This document shows positions 24,756-37,140 of a DNA stretch of 64,000 bases, one piece after another. Position numbers and translations under genes: made by a program. The notes beneath the pieces were generated by a model. It was not told where the DNA came from. It ran no database searches and saw nothing but the letters and a program-made list of their open reading frames with translations. Source of the stretch: Rhynchobatus australiae (lineage: Eukaryota); NCBI GenBank assembly GCA_034780895.1, contig JAUZTB010000017.1, positions 24,343,826 to 24,407,825 of the forward strand, given 5' to 3'. How positions within the stretch are numbered: the stretch's first letter is position 1; every line of letters starts with the position of its first letter.

Positions 24756-27700
24756 ATCCCTGAATGGAACTGATAAACACCACAACACCTTGCAATCTGT
24801 TTCTAAAATTCAATCCCAATTTCAGAAGCACAGTGGAATACATTACTGTTACAATCTAATGCAAAATATACTTGTGTTTTAACTAAATATTCTTTTCCAG
24901 GTCTTTGCTCCTGCAGGCAAAACTGAACCTTTCACTTGTTCCTGGAACAGAACTTTAAAGGTCTCTTTTCGTGGTAAAACGAAACAAAATGCAGCTTTAC
25001 CAGACAGGGATGGAAAGGAGTTGGGAACAGGAGAGCAATATTTGTAGAAAGCATTGAGATTGAATTCCTGATTCTAAAAGGTGCATTACTTACCTTCAAG
25101 TATAATAGATATCATACTCCAAGTAAAGGTCAGGCTGCCTAACAAAATAAAATTACAATCAGAAAAATAAGATCTAATATGCAGGAAACCATTTGGTACT
25201 TTGCTTTTTGCTCTTAAAATCATTTTAAGCAAATGAAACCTCATAAACCTTGAAATGCTGCCATGTGTCCAAACACTGATTCAAGGATGTGAGCAGTTTG
25301 GGGAGGAAGGGGTCAGAGACACAAACTGGTGAGGGTCAGGAAAGCAATCAGAAGGGTGAGGTAAGCCAAAGNNNNNNNNNNNNNNNNNNNNNNNNNNNNN
25401 NNNNNNNNNNNNNNNNNNNNNNNNNNNNNNNNNNNNNNNNNNNNNNNNNNNNNNNNNNNNNNNNNNNNNNNNNNNNNNNNNNNNNNNNNNNNNNNNNNNN
25501 NNNNNNNNNNNNNNNNNNNNNNNNNNNNNNNNNNNNNNNNNNNNNNNNNNNNNNNNNNNNNNNNNNNNNNNNNNNNNNNNNNNNNNNNNNNNNNNNNNNN
25601 NNNNNNNNNNNNNNNNNNNNNNNNNNNNNNNNNNNNNNNNNNNNNNNNNNNNNNNNNNNNNNNNNNNNNNNNNNNNNNNNNNNNNNNNNNNNNNNNNNNN
25701 NNNNNNNNNNNNNNNNNNNNNNNNNNNNNNNNNNNNNNNNNNNNNNNNNNNNNNNNNNNNNNNNNNNNNNNNNNNNNNNNNNNNNNNNNNNNNNNNNNNN
25801 NNNNNNNNNNNNNNNNNNNNNNNNNNNNNNNNNNNNNNNNNNNNNNNNNNNNNNNNNNNNNNNNNNNNNNNNNNNNNNNNNNNNNNNNNNNNNNNNNNNN
25901 NNNNNNATTCTTGTATTTTATTGATATTTGCGTATATTCTTCTCACATTAATCAAATCTTCCTGTTTAAAAGTTTTCTGAGTATGGTATAAGTATGGCTA
26001 TTTTTGAATAAGTTTCACCTGCTTTCCAAGGCACTGTTCACAGATATTTATGCATGTCCTCCACCCCACCCCCGCTCCTGCTTAATGCCTAATGTTCAAA
26101 CCTATGAGAACTTGTGACATGAGAGGTAGAACAGAAGATGATGCCTTATCAACACTAAAAACAACATATTTTTATATACTATTGTTAGCTTAGTAAAATG
26201 TACTAAGTTCATCAACAAACAAAATTTGATACAAGGAGACATTAGTCCAGGTGACCAAAAATGGTTTTGAAGATTTTTGGTTAACTAGAACACCAAGCAG
26301 AGATAAAGTCAGATCGGAATTCATTTTGGTGGAACATGGGGAGTAAATTCTTGTTTCAAACTTGTCTTTGAAGGAAGTGATTAATAAGTTTAAAAATATA
26401 ATCAGCTGAACTAACCAACAACAAAATTAGGTACCAAAGGTTGTTTGCCGATCAGAAGGAATATTACTGATATTGTGCATTTGGAGATATTGAATAAATT
26501 ACTGTGAATGTTCATGCAAGTTTCTGTCAGTCATTAAAATAATACATCAGTTGTCATGTTAATGTCTCATCTGTAGTGGAAGACATGTTGGAAAGTGGGG
26601 ATATACAAAAAGGGATCATCCATTAGGTGCACTGAAAGATCATTAATCCCTGTCTTTCAGGACTTTTATTCAGGCAAAAATGAATGACAAGATGTACAAC
26701 ATCAAAAGGACTTGGGAAATTATGGATTATTTTTGGAATTTTGACTAATATGTTGGTACCAAAACTAATAGCTATTCAAAGACTGGTCATGTTGGGAATT
26801 GATTGTGGAAACCTACAAACTAATATTTTGGGGTNNNNNNNNNNGGCACAATTAACCAATCTATTCTTTGGATGTTATACATTTTACTTTAGGCATGACA
26901 GAGGAGTTCAATATTTTAATTAAGAATTATCTATTGCCACTTAATAGGTCAAATGGCTCTTTCCTTGTCTTCTAAGGAATGATATGAATGTGGCGCAGAG
27001 GGAAAATGTATGTGATTTGCTTATAATTTAAATATTATTCTGTCATTTTCTATTGTGTGGGGTGGTGTGCTCCCATGGGCAATTGCAAATGGCTTTATGC
27101 TTTCCTGTAACAAAGCAACCTCCCAAAATGCAAACTGAATCTATGGAGGAAAAGTGTATCAAAATGCAAATATTTCTGAAAGGGCTCACAATTGGATGCA
27201 CTTTTGCCTTGATTAATTAACTCATTGCAAAGCTCATTACTTTTGCAGCTAAAATAATTTCACAGTGTTTACTGTGGCATTCTTTCTGCAAGGATGTTTT
27301 GACTCTAAGAATTTAGAACACTCACAAGAAAGGAATAAAAGTGCAGTCCAACATCGTAAATCACGCTGCAAGCAAAAAATGAAGCATAATTTTGCTGAAC
27401 ACGGACTACGTCATTGTTAAGGAACCAGAAAGCAAACCAAATAAAGTGAAAGGTTGCACTGAACAATTCAGAAGTCTATGTACTTTGCTGATGATCACCT
27501 AGAAAGAATTGACCTGAACATTATTAAAAGTAAAACATTTTGATTCTCAAGATAAATAGCATCTGGATTGTGTCAGCTCCATACAAGTGTTTACATAGAT
27601 TGTCTAAATATATTATGTATAAGGAATAAAAGCCCTTACACTCTTTATAGTTAATGTACATAACAATTTTTAAGCGCCCACAAATGCAGGACTGAACTCA

Positions 27701-28804
27701 AATATAGAAAAGTTCATCTTATTTCTCAAGCATTAGAGTTGATTAAATGATCATGTGATAAAGGGTGAGCAAATGTCAATGTAATCTTTAGTACTTGGGA
27801 AGAGAGACCTTGTACAAAGTTGTAAAGTAAACAAACCTTTTCTTTCTCATAAAGAACATTTTGTTCTTATACCTACATATTTCTGCATAAGGCTAATTAT
27901 ATGGTAATCAAGTAGCTCTTGGTTTTATTTTATTGGTGTTTCACTCAACATAATTTCACGTAGCGAAAACATGGTATAAAACAAAACCAGATGACAAAAT
28001 GGAGATTTTGCATGCATGCAATGCATTCAACTGTAATTTTACACTGTAAAGTGCTAAGAAGCTCATTCAATAAAATACATTTGGTATTCACCAAGTCTAG
28101 TCTAAATCTCTTTTGCAAGCATTTCAGGTTTGAAAATTGGTCTTAAAGGAAAACAGCTGATGGAAAAAATAAAGGTATTCCAGGTGCTACTCAAACAACT
28201 AACAATCTGACATTTGGCCCTGATATTTATGGAGGAGGTGTGTGCCTGCAGACAGACATCCTGGGAATGTAGAGGTCTTGCCACATTTAGAGGCAAGTCC
28301 CCATTAGCATTTTATTCACTCAGTTTCTTGTCCGGAAGTTGGTCAAATTGGCTGGCTGCTGAGGAGGAAAGCTTGTCCTCGAAGGCTGGAACTGTGGACT
28401 ACTGGGGATTGCCTCTGGCAATGAAAGATTGGGGAATGATGATTGTTCGGGGAGGGGGAGCGTGGAGAAGCCTTAGAGCATGGCAGCGAGGAGTGAGTGA
28501 GGTAAACATCAGTGGGGGAGTTGATAGAGTGGAATTGGGGAGCTTGAAAGATCATGGGGAAAGTATTAAAGTTCTCAGGGCAGAACTGAGGTCAGATTGG
28601 CCATTGTAATACAGTGAGAAGAAATCACAGGGTGACCAGTGAAAGAGGTGTTGTCTGAATTTGCGAAAGGAACCATGAAGTAAACTCTTGCTCTTGTTCT
28701 TTGTTTACAGAGGCAGATGCTTTCTATCCTGCCTCCAGCATATCCTCGCTTCCCTTCAATTACCAGCATCCCTGAGACCTTGGAAATCAGAAGCTCCAAG
28801 GGAT

Positions 28805-28981
28805 GGTGTTTCCTTGAAGGATCCCACTTCTCCAGAGCAGGTTATTCGGTCACTCCCGAAGCTGTCTCAAGAAAATCAGAAAGAGTGCAAGGTGTTTCCT
28901 TTAAGGATCCCACTTCTTCAGAGCAAGTTACTCAGTCGTTCCTGATGTTGTGTCAAGTACTGAACATCAGAAAAACTGCAG
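28805..28981. repeat. Degenerate tandem duplication, 86-bp unit x2
   Basis: 28805-28890 GGTGTTTCCTTGAAGGATCCCACTTCTCCAGAGCAGGTTATTCGGTC... versus 28891-28981 GGTGTTTCCTTTAAGGATCCCACTTCTTCAGAGCAAGTTACTCAGTC... Confidence 0.9.
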
Positions 28982-29175
28982 ATGCTGCAAATCTGAAATA
29001 AAAACAGAAAATGCTGAAAAGGCTCAGCAAGTCAGGCAGCATCTCTGAATAAAGGAACAGAGTTAGTGTGTCGAGTCAAAATTCTCATGAAGGGTCTTCA
29101 ACTTGAAACACTAACTTTGTTTCTCTTTCCGCAGATGCTGCTTAACCTGTTGCACATTCCCAGCATTTTCTGTTG
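28970..29175. mobile_element. Penelope-like palindromic (head-to-head) terminal element
   Basis: AACAGAAAATGCTG...GGCAGCATCT...GGAACAGAGTTAGTGT pairs with ACACTAACTTTGTTTC...AGATGCTGCT...CAGCATTTTCTGTT. The palindrome is directly visible; the PLE assignment is from recalled consensus. Confidence 0.7.
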
Positions 29176-30364
29176 AAACTTCTGCCTCAATTAAATCAAA
29201 AATAGGCATATTTTTGTTGGGTTGAATTCAGCTTTCACATGTAGATCAATTCAATACCAGGGCCCTCTCCTACTTGTCTTAAAATTTATCACCTTTTATT
29301 GTCGTGTTATTTCACAGAAAATGTTTTTGCACTAAATTCATCCCCAATGATCATTACCGGGCAAATTGAGCACATAAACAGACCTATGCAAACAAAATAG
29401 ATCTTTTCCAAAAAGCTGTCTGGACTATCTATGAGTTGCATAACAACGAAATAAAGTTATCCCAATATTAGGTCCAAAGAATGTCGTACACTAACATTTA
29501 ATGGTAAGTGGAAAAGATGTTCTTTCACTTAATAAGCACCAAAATGTTATATGACAGTAAAAAAATATTGATTTCTTAGCTTAATACTNNNNNNNNNNNN
29601 NNNNNNNNNNNNNNNNNNNNNNNNNNNNNNNNNNNNNNNNNNNNNNNNNNNNNNNNNNNNNNNNNNNNNNNNNNNNCTATATAAGTAATTTTTACTGTAG
29701 GTTTTTCAAAAATGACTTTCAATCTGTAGTTTTTTTTAGAAGAAAATTAGGTATTTGACAAACATTGTGCTATAACAGGGGTCTTCAACATTTTTCTGTC
29801 TGAAACCCCAGAACTAATAAGCCTATTATGGGTTGTGTTCAGAATATATAAAGGGTCAGACTGTAAGTGAAGCAGAATTCAGCTGGTGTGTTCACTGAAT
29901 GTGTGAGTTTCTGACTGAATTACATTATTTTATGCCTCAATTAAATGAAGAAAGATACTCTAGATGACATATACTATAAATGAACATCAAAGTTCAAATA
30001 TCCAATAAACTAATTCTGATTATTATCAGTTTAAAACCATGGAGCAAACCTTAAACTGTGGTAGAGTTCCATTGGAATCACAATCAGGCTCCAAGATGAA
30101 AAAGTTTCACACCATTTGGGTTTGATATTACATGGAGCATAATGTGAGACATTGTCAGGTTAAAAACAACAGTAATAGAGTCTGATTTAAGTTTAGAATG
30201 TGTGAATACTCACATCCACACTTAAAGTTTAACAGCTGGGAAGTAGAGTCCACGCATGTACTGTTTCTCACATGCAGGAGAATCAAAGTCAAGCAGCACA
30301 AATAAGAAACTGCCTGAAACCAATGCTGTATCTAGTGTTATCAGACCAGGATCTGCAGTATAAA

Positions 30365-30810
30365 TGATTTACAAGGATGAGACCAGAACTGAGAGGTTAT
30401 ACCTATCAGGAAAGATTGAACGAGCCAAGACCCATCTCTCCAGAAGGGTGACCTGATAGATGTTTTTAAGATAATGAAAGTTTTTGATAGGTTAGAAGTA
30501 GAGAAGACTTCCACTTCTGGGAGAGATCAAAACTGGGAGTTATAAATAAAGGAAATAATAAATACTGTAGGGAATTTGAGGAAAGGGACTTTATCCAGAA
30601 AGAAGTTAGAATGTGGAACTTGGTGCTACAAGGAATAGTTGAGGCATAAAACATGGATGTACTTAAGAAGAAGCTAGATAAACACAATGTTAACAAAGTC
30701 ATGCTGATGGAGTTCAGTGAAGGAGGTGCCGAGGATGCTTATGGATCATAAGCACTGTTACGGACAACTTGGGCTGAATGACCTCAATCAATGCCACATA
30801 TTCTGTACAA
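30365..30810 (+). mobile_element. Decayed CR1 3' fragment
   Basis: MRPELRGYTYQERLN...GDLIDVFKIMKVFDRLEVEK, then VRMWNLVLQGIVEA and a CR1-type tail TTGGGCTGAATGACCT. Confidence 0.75.
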
Positions 30811-31555
30811 GAACAAACTCAGTTGCCAACTAAATTTATTTCCATTATTTATGCCAGAAAACAGATTTATATTTTTGGAGAGCTGAAATGAATATCAAAT
30901 GTTATCAAGCTAGATTGTTTAATCTAATTTGAAGATGTTAAGATTATTATTTTCTTCTGCATAAGTCCAGCTGACATACATGGGGAACAAAGGCTGGGAC
31001 CTTGCACATAAAAGCCATGTTTCTTCTGCCAACTGCAGACTTTCACCGATTGTGGGGAAGTTCAGAAGTTCCAGGTGAAGAAATAAGTCTCCAGCATCTG
31101 CTCTGCTGTTCACTAGTCTCAGGACAACTACACTCCTCCACTAGATTGCTCATGGACACTGGTAGGTAAGTGTGATTGTCTACAGATATCCCAGCACTTA
31201 GGCTGGGAGGGCAGCTCAATGAACCTGTGCCAGAGGACAGAGTGAAGGGCAAGTTGACTTAAATATTAAATTGTTTTTACTGAGTTTCTATTATTCTAAA
31301 GTATTTTAAGCTTTTTCATTTCTTTAATTTTTTTAAGAATTTTAAAACATTTTATTTGTATTTTTAATTTTTAATTGCCCTTGGATGTTGTTGGAAGTTT
31401 GAAACATTCACAAACATCCAACCTCGTTGATAGCTTTGGTCACAGTGCGGGTGGGGCTTAAACAATCCCAGAGCATAGGGTTTGCCTTTTAAAATTAGAA
31501 ATAACATCTTGAGGGGTCTTGGCAATGTAAATGTGGAAAGAATGTTTCCTCTTGC

Positions 31556-31698
31556 AAAAACATTTATCAGGTCACCCTTCCAGAGAGTCAGGTCTGGTTT
31601 GTTCAATCTTTTCTGATAGGTATATCCTCTCAGTTCTGGTCTCATCCTTGAAAGTCATTTATACTGCAGATCCTTAGTCTGATAACACGAGATCCAGC
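31556..31698 (-). repeat. Inverted copy of 30325-30467
   Basis: The reverse complement GCTGGATCTCGTGTTATCAGACTAAGGATCTGCAGTATAAATGAC...GAAGGGTGACCTGATAAATGTTTTT aligns over 143 bp with 30325-30467, including non-CR1 flank. Confidence 0.9.
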
Positions 31699-31787
31699 CT
31701 TCATGTGTAATCTAGAACTAGGGTCACTGTTTAAAAGTAAGCAATCACCCATTTAAAACCACCTGAGGCCGAACTTTATCTCTCAAT

Positions 31788-31915
31788 GTCATAGAGTCAT
31801 AGAGTTATACAGTATTGAAACAGGCCCTTCAGCCCCACTGCTCTTCAGTCCAACCACGTTGTCTATCCCAACTAGTCCCATTTGCCTGCATTTGGTTCAT
31901 ATCCCTCTAAACCTT
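31788..31915 (-). mobile_element. Short CR1 3' end nested in the host CR1
   Basis: GTCATAGAGTCATAGAGT is the reverse complement of the (ACTCTATG)n tail, followed by ACAGGCCCTTCAGCCC and CATATCCCTCTAAACCT. Confidence 0.85.
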
Positions 31916-31934
31916 GGGTTGTCAAACTTTGAAC

Positions 31935-32592
31935 ATAGAACATTACAGCACAGTACAGGCCCTTCAGCCCACAATGTTGTGCCAACATTTTATCCTACTC
32001 TAAGGTCTATCTAACCCTTCCCTCCCACATAGCCCCTTATTTTTCTATCATTCATGTGTCTATCTAAGAGTCTCTTAAATGTCCCTAATGTANNNNNNNN
32101 NNNNNNNNNNNNNNNNNNNNNNNNNNNNNNNNNNNNNNNNNNNNNNNNNNNNNNNNNNNNNNNNNNNNNNNNNNNNNNNNNNNNNNNNNNNNCCTATTTT
32201 TCTATCATTCATGTGTCTATCTAAGAGTCTCTTAAATGTCCCTAATGTATCTGCCCCCACAACATCTGCTGGCTGCGCATTCCACGCACCCACCACTCTC
32301 TGTGTAAAAAACTTACATCTGACATCCCCCTTATACCTTCCTCCAATCACCTTAAAATTATGTCCCCTCGAGTTAGCCATTGTTGCCCTGGGAAAAAGTG
32401 TCTGACTGTCCACTCGATCCATGCCTCGTATCATCTTGTACACCTCTATCAGGTCACCTTTCATTTTCCTTATCTCCAAAGAGAAAAGCCCAAGCTCGCT
32501 CAACCTATCATAAGATATGCTTTCCAATCCTGGCAACATCCTGGTAAATCTCCTCTGCACCCTCTCTAAAGCTTTCACATCCTTTCTATAAT
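31935..32592 (-). mobile_element. Younger CR1 3' fragment nested in the host CR1
   Basis: ORF 32075-32662 (-) YRKDVKALERVQRRFTRMLPGLESISYDRLSELGLFSLE...FFTQRVVGAWN is nearly intact; TGAAC on both flanks is a candidate TSD. Confidence 0.95.
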
Positions 32593-34039
32593 GAACTCTC
32601 CTCCTCAAAGTGTTCTGGAAGCAGAGTCTTTGAAAATTTTTAACATAGAGGTAGATAGACACCTAAAAAAAAACAAAGGACTGACATGTAAACAGGAATG
32701 GAGAGTCGAGGTTATTACCAGATTGGCTATGATCTTAGTAATGGGCAGAAGAAGGTCAAGGGATAGGTATCTTCCCTTGCTCCTAATTTATATGTTATAA
32801 GTATGTTTATAAACACCATGGCTGTTCTAGCTCTCATTGATCATCTGGGAGCCAGCTTCCTGAAATAATATACCACCTGGGCATTCACTCCAACTAAAAG
32901 TTGGTTTCAAGGGCAGGTGACTGGAAAATCCAGGTAGCTCACTGGTCAGGGGAAGTTCTGGCCCACTTAATGCCCTAGTTCCATGGTGCCTTGCACCTAA
33001 AAAACATTATTTTGCATGTTGTGATAAATATCCAATGTGTATTTTCTAGTAAATGATAGTAAACAATTCATTTATCATTTTTAACACATTTTAGCTTTTA
33101 AGTCAAAAAGTAGCGGAGTAGAAATTAATCTTGGGTAGGAGCATCTAACCAGCCTGCCTCTTTTATGGCCCATTTGATATTCAATACTAATGGAACTGGT
33201 ACTGGATTCAATACCCCTGATTTTGCACAACTGTGAGAGAAAACATTCTATTCCTGAAGGTCCTGCAATTTAAAATGCAAGATAAAACTTTAATCTTAAA
33301 ATTAATCTTAAGAGCAAGACAGCCTTACTTTCAAGTTTAAACAAAGACAATCCAATACAATTCAGCAATGTATCTACAATAATAATACAATATAATTAAA
33401 CAATTTATATCTTCAGCTTCTGTGGCCTAATACTAGTAGGATGGGAATAACAACATTGTTTACATTTATAAAGTATATAACAGTTTACTCAAAACTTAAA
33501 GAAAATATCCCTGCTCTGGTAAAATAGGATATTTTAGAAGTCCAAAATCCATCCTCTGTGGTTACATGTCTCTTTAGGTCTTCAGCCAGAATGGAACAAA
33601 CATTAATGTGCTCAGTAAAATATTTTTCAGATGGTGTATCAAAATAAAATGCAAATTAGAATTAATTTACAACTTTGCTTAATCAAAGAGCCCATCTTTA
33701 CATCTTTACACCCGCACTGAAATCATTATTGTGACAGGATTGTGGTGTTTTAAATCAATTAAATTGCCAATTAAGAAATCTCTGTGTCTCTCCACATTCC
33801 TTTACACCTATTTTCTGCTCATCAATGGAAAGTACACCAGGCCAGCTAAAAGATGAAGCAAGTAAATCAATGGGCTTTGTGGAACTTAATGGTGAAGATC
33901 ACCAATGTCTTGAATGTCTTGTGTATGATCTTGTACTGTTCCGTGTGGCAACTGTTCTAAACTGCAATGAAAATGTTTCTGAGCTGGAAAAGGGAATTAT
34001 GAGCCAGGATCCTTTAAATTTTGAGTTCTAGCTGGTGAT

Positions 34040-34060
34040 TTGTGTGTGTGCGTGTGTGTG

Positions 34061-34128
<68 letters not shown>

Positions 34129-34228
34129 NNNNNNNNNNNNNNNNNNNNNNNNNNNNNNNNNNNNNNNNNNNNNNNNNNNNNNNNNNNNNNNNNNNNNNNN
34201 NNNNNNNNNNNNNNNNNNNNNNNNNNNN

Positions 34229-34270
<42 letters not shown>

Positions 34271-34335
34271 GTGTGTGTGTGCGTGTGTGTGTGTCTGTCT
34301 GTCTCTGTCTGTGTGTTCGTGCACACACACACGCA
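34040..34335. repeat. (TG)n microsatellite spanning a gap, with (TCTG)n and (CA)n edge
   Basis: Directly visible; true length unknown because of the gap at 34129-34228. Confidence 0.98.
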
Positions 34336-35537
34336 TGCATGTGTCAGATGGGATAGGATTTCTTGCAACCAGATAAATCACCTGCCCTCAAGTTTTTTAG
34401 CTCAGTCATGAGGGACAACCAACTAGATATTTGCTGTCATCTACAAAACTCATCCTCATGAGTACTTTGGGGGAAAAGAGTATGAGGAATTCATATTTGG
34501 TGATAATGAGAAGAATGTGAAAGGTTGAAAATTTATCTCTGTATTGAAAGAGTTAACCAACAAAGTTTTGCTAGTAAGTGGTTTTAAATGTGCAATAAAT
34601 GGTTTGTTTATTTAAAAAGGTACACCACTCTGGGGGAACAATTTTTGTGTAAAGAATATCCCCCAGAAAGCATGTAAGAAATCATTTAAAGGTCTGTTTC
34701 TCAAGAGGAAATATTCCCATCTGTGGCCATCAAAAGCAGCCTGCTGGAGACTGACAATTTCAGGTCTCTTAGCCAGGAAAAAGCTGCTTCGTTGAGGTAT
34801 CCAGTGGGTTTCTCCTTGGCTGGTTGGCATTGCAGTGAGGATTGATTGGCATCCATCCTGGTTCTGGTTGCTGAACCTGGCAGTATGCCATTGAAAAGTT
34901 TAATACCAACAGGGCTTGGAACCCTGAGCTCTGGCTGGTACTGAACCTTTTAATACATTGGTAGCACTGACAGCAACGTTGAGGATCAGGAAGGCTGGTG
35001 ATTACTGTTCACTGTATCAGCATCCAACAAAAGACCTCAGTCAAGCAGGTTTGAAGCATCCGTCCTCCAGCAGGTTGCTTTTTGATGGACACAAATATAA
35101 AAGTGTCCCCACAGGAAGGAGGCTTCAAGTGAATTGCTTGTTATACTAGGTTGAAGAGACATATACTGTATGCTTTAAAAAGCCCAATTTTGTCCTTAAG
35201 CAAAAAATCATCAAATAATTCCATGGAAAATAATGGAGGAAATTTATATAGTTGGCATAGAAGGTATTGAAGCCTAATTAACTTTTTTTTGTTTATGTTT
35301 ATATTTATGTAAATCCTGCTGCATGTACTCTGTGGAGAGAGAAACAAAGTTAAAATTTCAGACCATTCTGCTGGAAGGTCATTGGTCTGAATTATTGATT
35401 TACAACTTGGTGCGTGACTCACCATCCACCCTGAATGCACACTTGCCTTATGTATATCTATAAGGATGAACCTGTTGGTCAAGAGCTCTGATATTGCGGC
35501 TCAGCACAAACCTGGACAAAAAAAAATAATATAAGGA

Positions 35538-35862
35538 TCGAGGCATCACTGACAAAGCCAGCGTTTATTGCTAATCTCTAAATGCCCTTTACTGACCACA
35601 TTTAAAAAAATAACCAAATTGGTAGGTCTAGCCAGACAAGGTTAAGATGGTAGATTTTCTGCCCTGAAGGATATTAGTGAACCAGATAGGTTTTTATGAC
35701 AATTCAATAGTAAACATTACTAATGACTTTTTATTTAATTTACTATTAATTGGCTTTAAATTCCACAGTTGCCATGCATGGTGGGATTTGAACTCAGTGT
35801 GCTGTATTTTTAGTCCAAGCCTCTGAACTCTCAGTCTGGTAATTTAACCACTGCACCTCCAC
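35538..35862 (-). mobile_element. Near full-length tRNA-derived SINE (family not assigned)
   Basis: Minus strand has an A-box-like TGCAGTGGTTA (35855-35845) and a B-box GTTCAAATCC (35793-35784); body CTGGTTCACTAATATCCTTCAGGG...AATAAACGCTGGCTTTGTCAGTGATGCC. Partial copies at 10335, 15005 and 19660. Confidence 0.75.
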
Positions 35863-36294
35863 TGTACTCAGCATATGTCACATGGACAGACCAGATCAAG
35901 CCATGCCTACAAAATGGATGAGACCTCTGACCACAAGTAAAGCCAAGTTCCCAGCTTCACCATCTTTCAAAGCTGTCAACAATTTCCAATGCTTCTCAAT
36001 GTGCCTGACCTTCAGAAGCATTCAAAAATGACTAAAACGCCGTTTAAAAAGGTGAACGTTTATTAAAAATTAAACAAAAGAAAATTAAAACACCCCAAAA
36101 CACCTGTAAATAATTTAAAACATTGCAGCATCGTTAAAAAAATGCAAGTTAGCATTTTTGGTTTACTTTTCCTCCTTGTTGGCTTAAAATTTCCATTCAA
36201 AGGAAAAGGTTTGTGGATCCTGCGCCAGGTTTCGGCAAACAACTATCAGCACTCAGGTAAGAACATCACATCAAGAGTATACCACTTGTCACCC

Positions 36295-36465
36295 AAACAA
36301 ATCATGACTGATCTTTTACCTGAGATCCACTTTCCCACACTAACCACATATTCTGAATTTCTAAAAAAAAAGTCGTTGATCACTCTCTTGAATTTTCACC
36401 ATGATTGAACCTTCACAGCCCCTTTGGTCAGAAAATTCAAAAGGTTTATTATCCTCTGGGTGTAG
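36295..36465 (-). mobile_element. Decayed CR1 3' fragment
   Basis: ATCATGACTGATCT and TTCACAGCCCCTTTGGTCAGAAAATTCAAAAGGTTTATTATCCTCTGGGTG are reverse complements of the CR1 3' UTR and the TQR.INLLN region. Confidence 0.55.
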
Positions 36466-36969
36466 ATCAAGTCTGTTTCTCTGCCTGCAGAAGCTACCTG
36501 ACCTGCTGAGTACTTCCAGGTCCTTTTGTTATCTTTTAACATGGTCATGCGCACTTTTTTGCCTTTGCACACGTAAACGCTTTTATTTTGTTATATACTA
36601 TCCACAGAGAAACCATGTGAGATCCCATCTACTAACCCAATTCTGTACAGTTTTAAAACAATTGCTATCACCCATGAAATAAAATACTACTTTCCATTGA
36701 AATGTCTGTTATACAATGCATAAAGGGAACTGTCAGCTTCTAACTTCCAACAATCAAAGCAAATTCAACTCTCCAATGGTGGACTTCTCAAGTTGAAATA
36801 ATTGGCATTAAATGGATATATGTTCAACATCTGCATACAACTGACACATTCTATATACATGTAAAAGTTAACTTGCAATACATGAGTACCACATTTAAAC
36901 ACAATGTGGACCAATTGTAATCCATGTGGAAAAATCAGTAGATTTAAAAATATACTTCCAAATAATGAA

Positions 36970-37140
36970 AGCAAAATCACTGAAAGTACTCAGAAGATGA
37001 GGCAGTATCCATGCAGAAGTAAACAGAGTTAACATTTCATCAAAACTCTGATGAAATGCCTGATGTTACCTGATTCTTTGAGTGCTTCCAGTGTGTTCTG
37101 TTCTAATTCAGACATCCAGCATCTACAGCATTTTGCTTTG
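36970..37140. mobile_element. Penelope-like palindromic terminal element (internally deleted)
   Basis: Same arms as 28970-29175; centre CATTTCATCA-AAACTC-TGATGAAATG. A single-arm fragment also occurs at 36470-36530. Confidence 0.6.

Larger units (their letters stand above)
31490..32805 (+). mobile_element. Host CR1 3' fragment split into four pieces by three insertions
   Basis: Colinear pieces: 31490-31554 (ILRGLGNVNVERMFPL), 31703-31787 (TCTAGAACTAGGGTCACTGTTTAAAA), 31916-31934, and 32592-32805 (GAACTCTC...GCTCCTAATTTATATGTT tail). Confidence 0.75.

Noticed and set aside
28688-29001. Repeated peptide GVSxKDPTSxEQV suggesting a repeat-protein exon
   Set aside because: The period is 86 bp, not a multiple of three, so the copies fall in different frames; a non-coding tandem duplication explains it.
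32035-32248. Direct repeats flanking 100-N gaps (also 1446/1554, 53928/54047, 57091/57235)
   Set aside because: The same sequence appears on both sides of fixed-length gaps, and the CR1 and Rex1 frames read through when the overlap is collapsed. These are probably unmerged contig overlaps; the 57.1-kb case could be a collapsed tandem repeat.
33997-34411. His-Thr and Cys-Val repeat ORFs
   Set aside because: These are translations of a (TG)n microsatellite.
35770-35862. Possible tRNA gene
   Set aside because: A/B-box-like motifs are present, but there is no cloverleaf, and the sequence continues into a SINE body.
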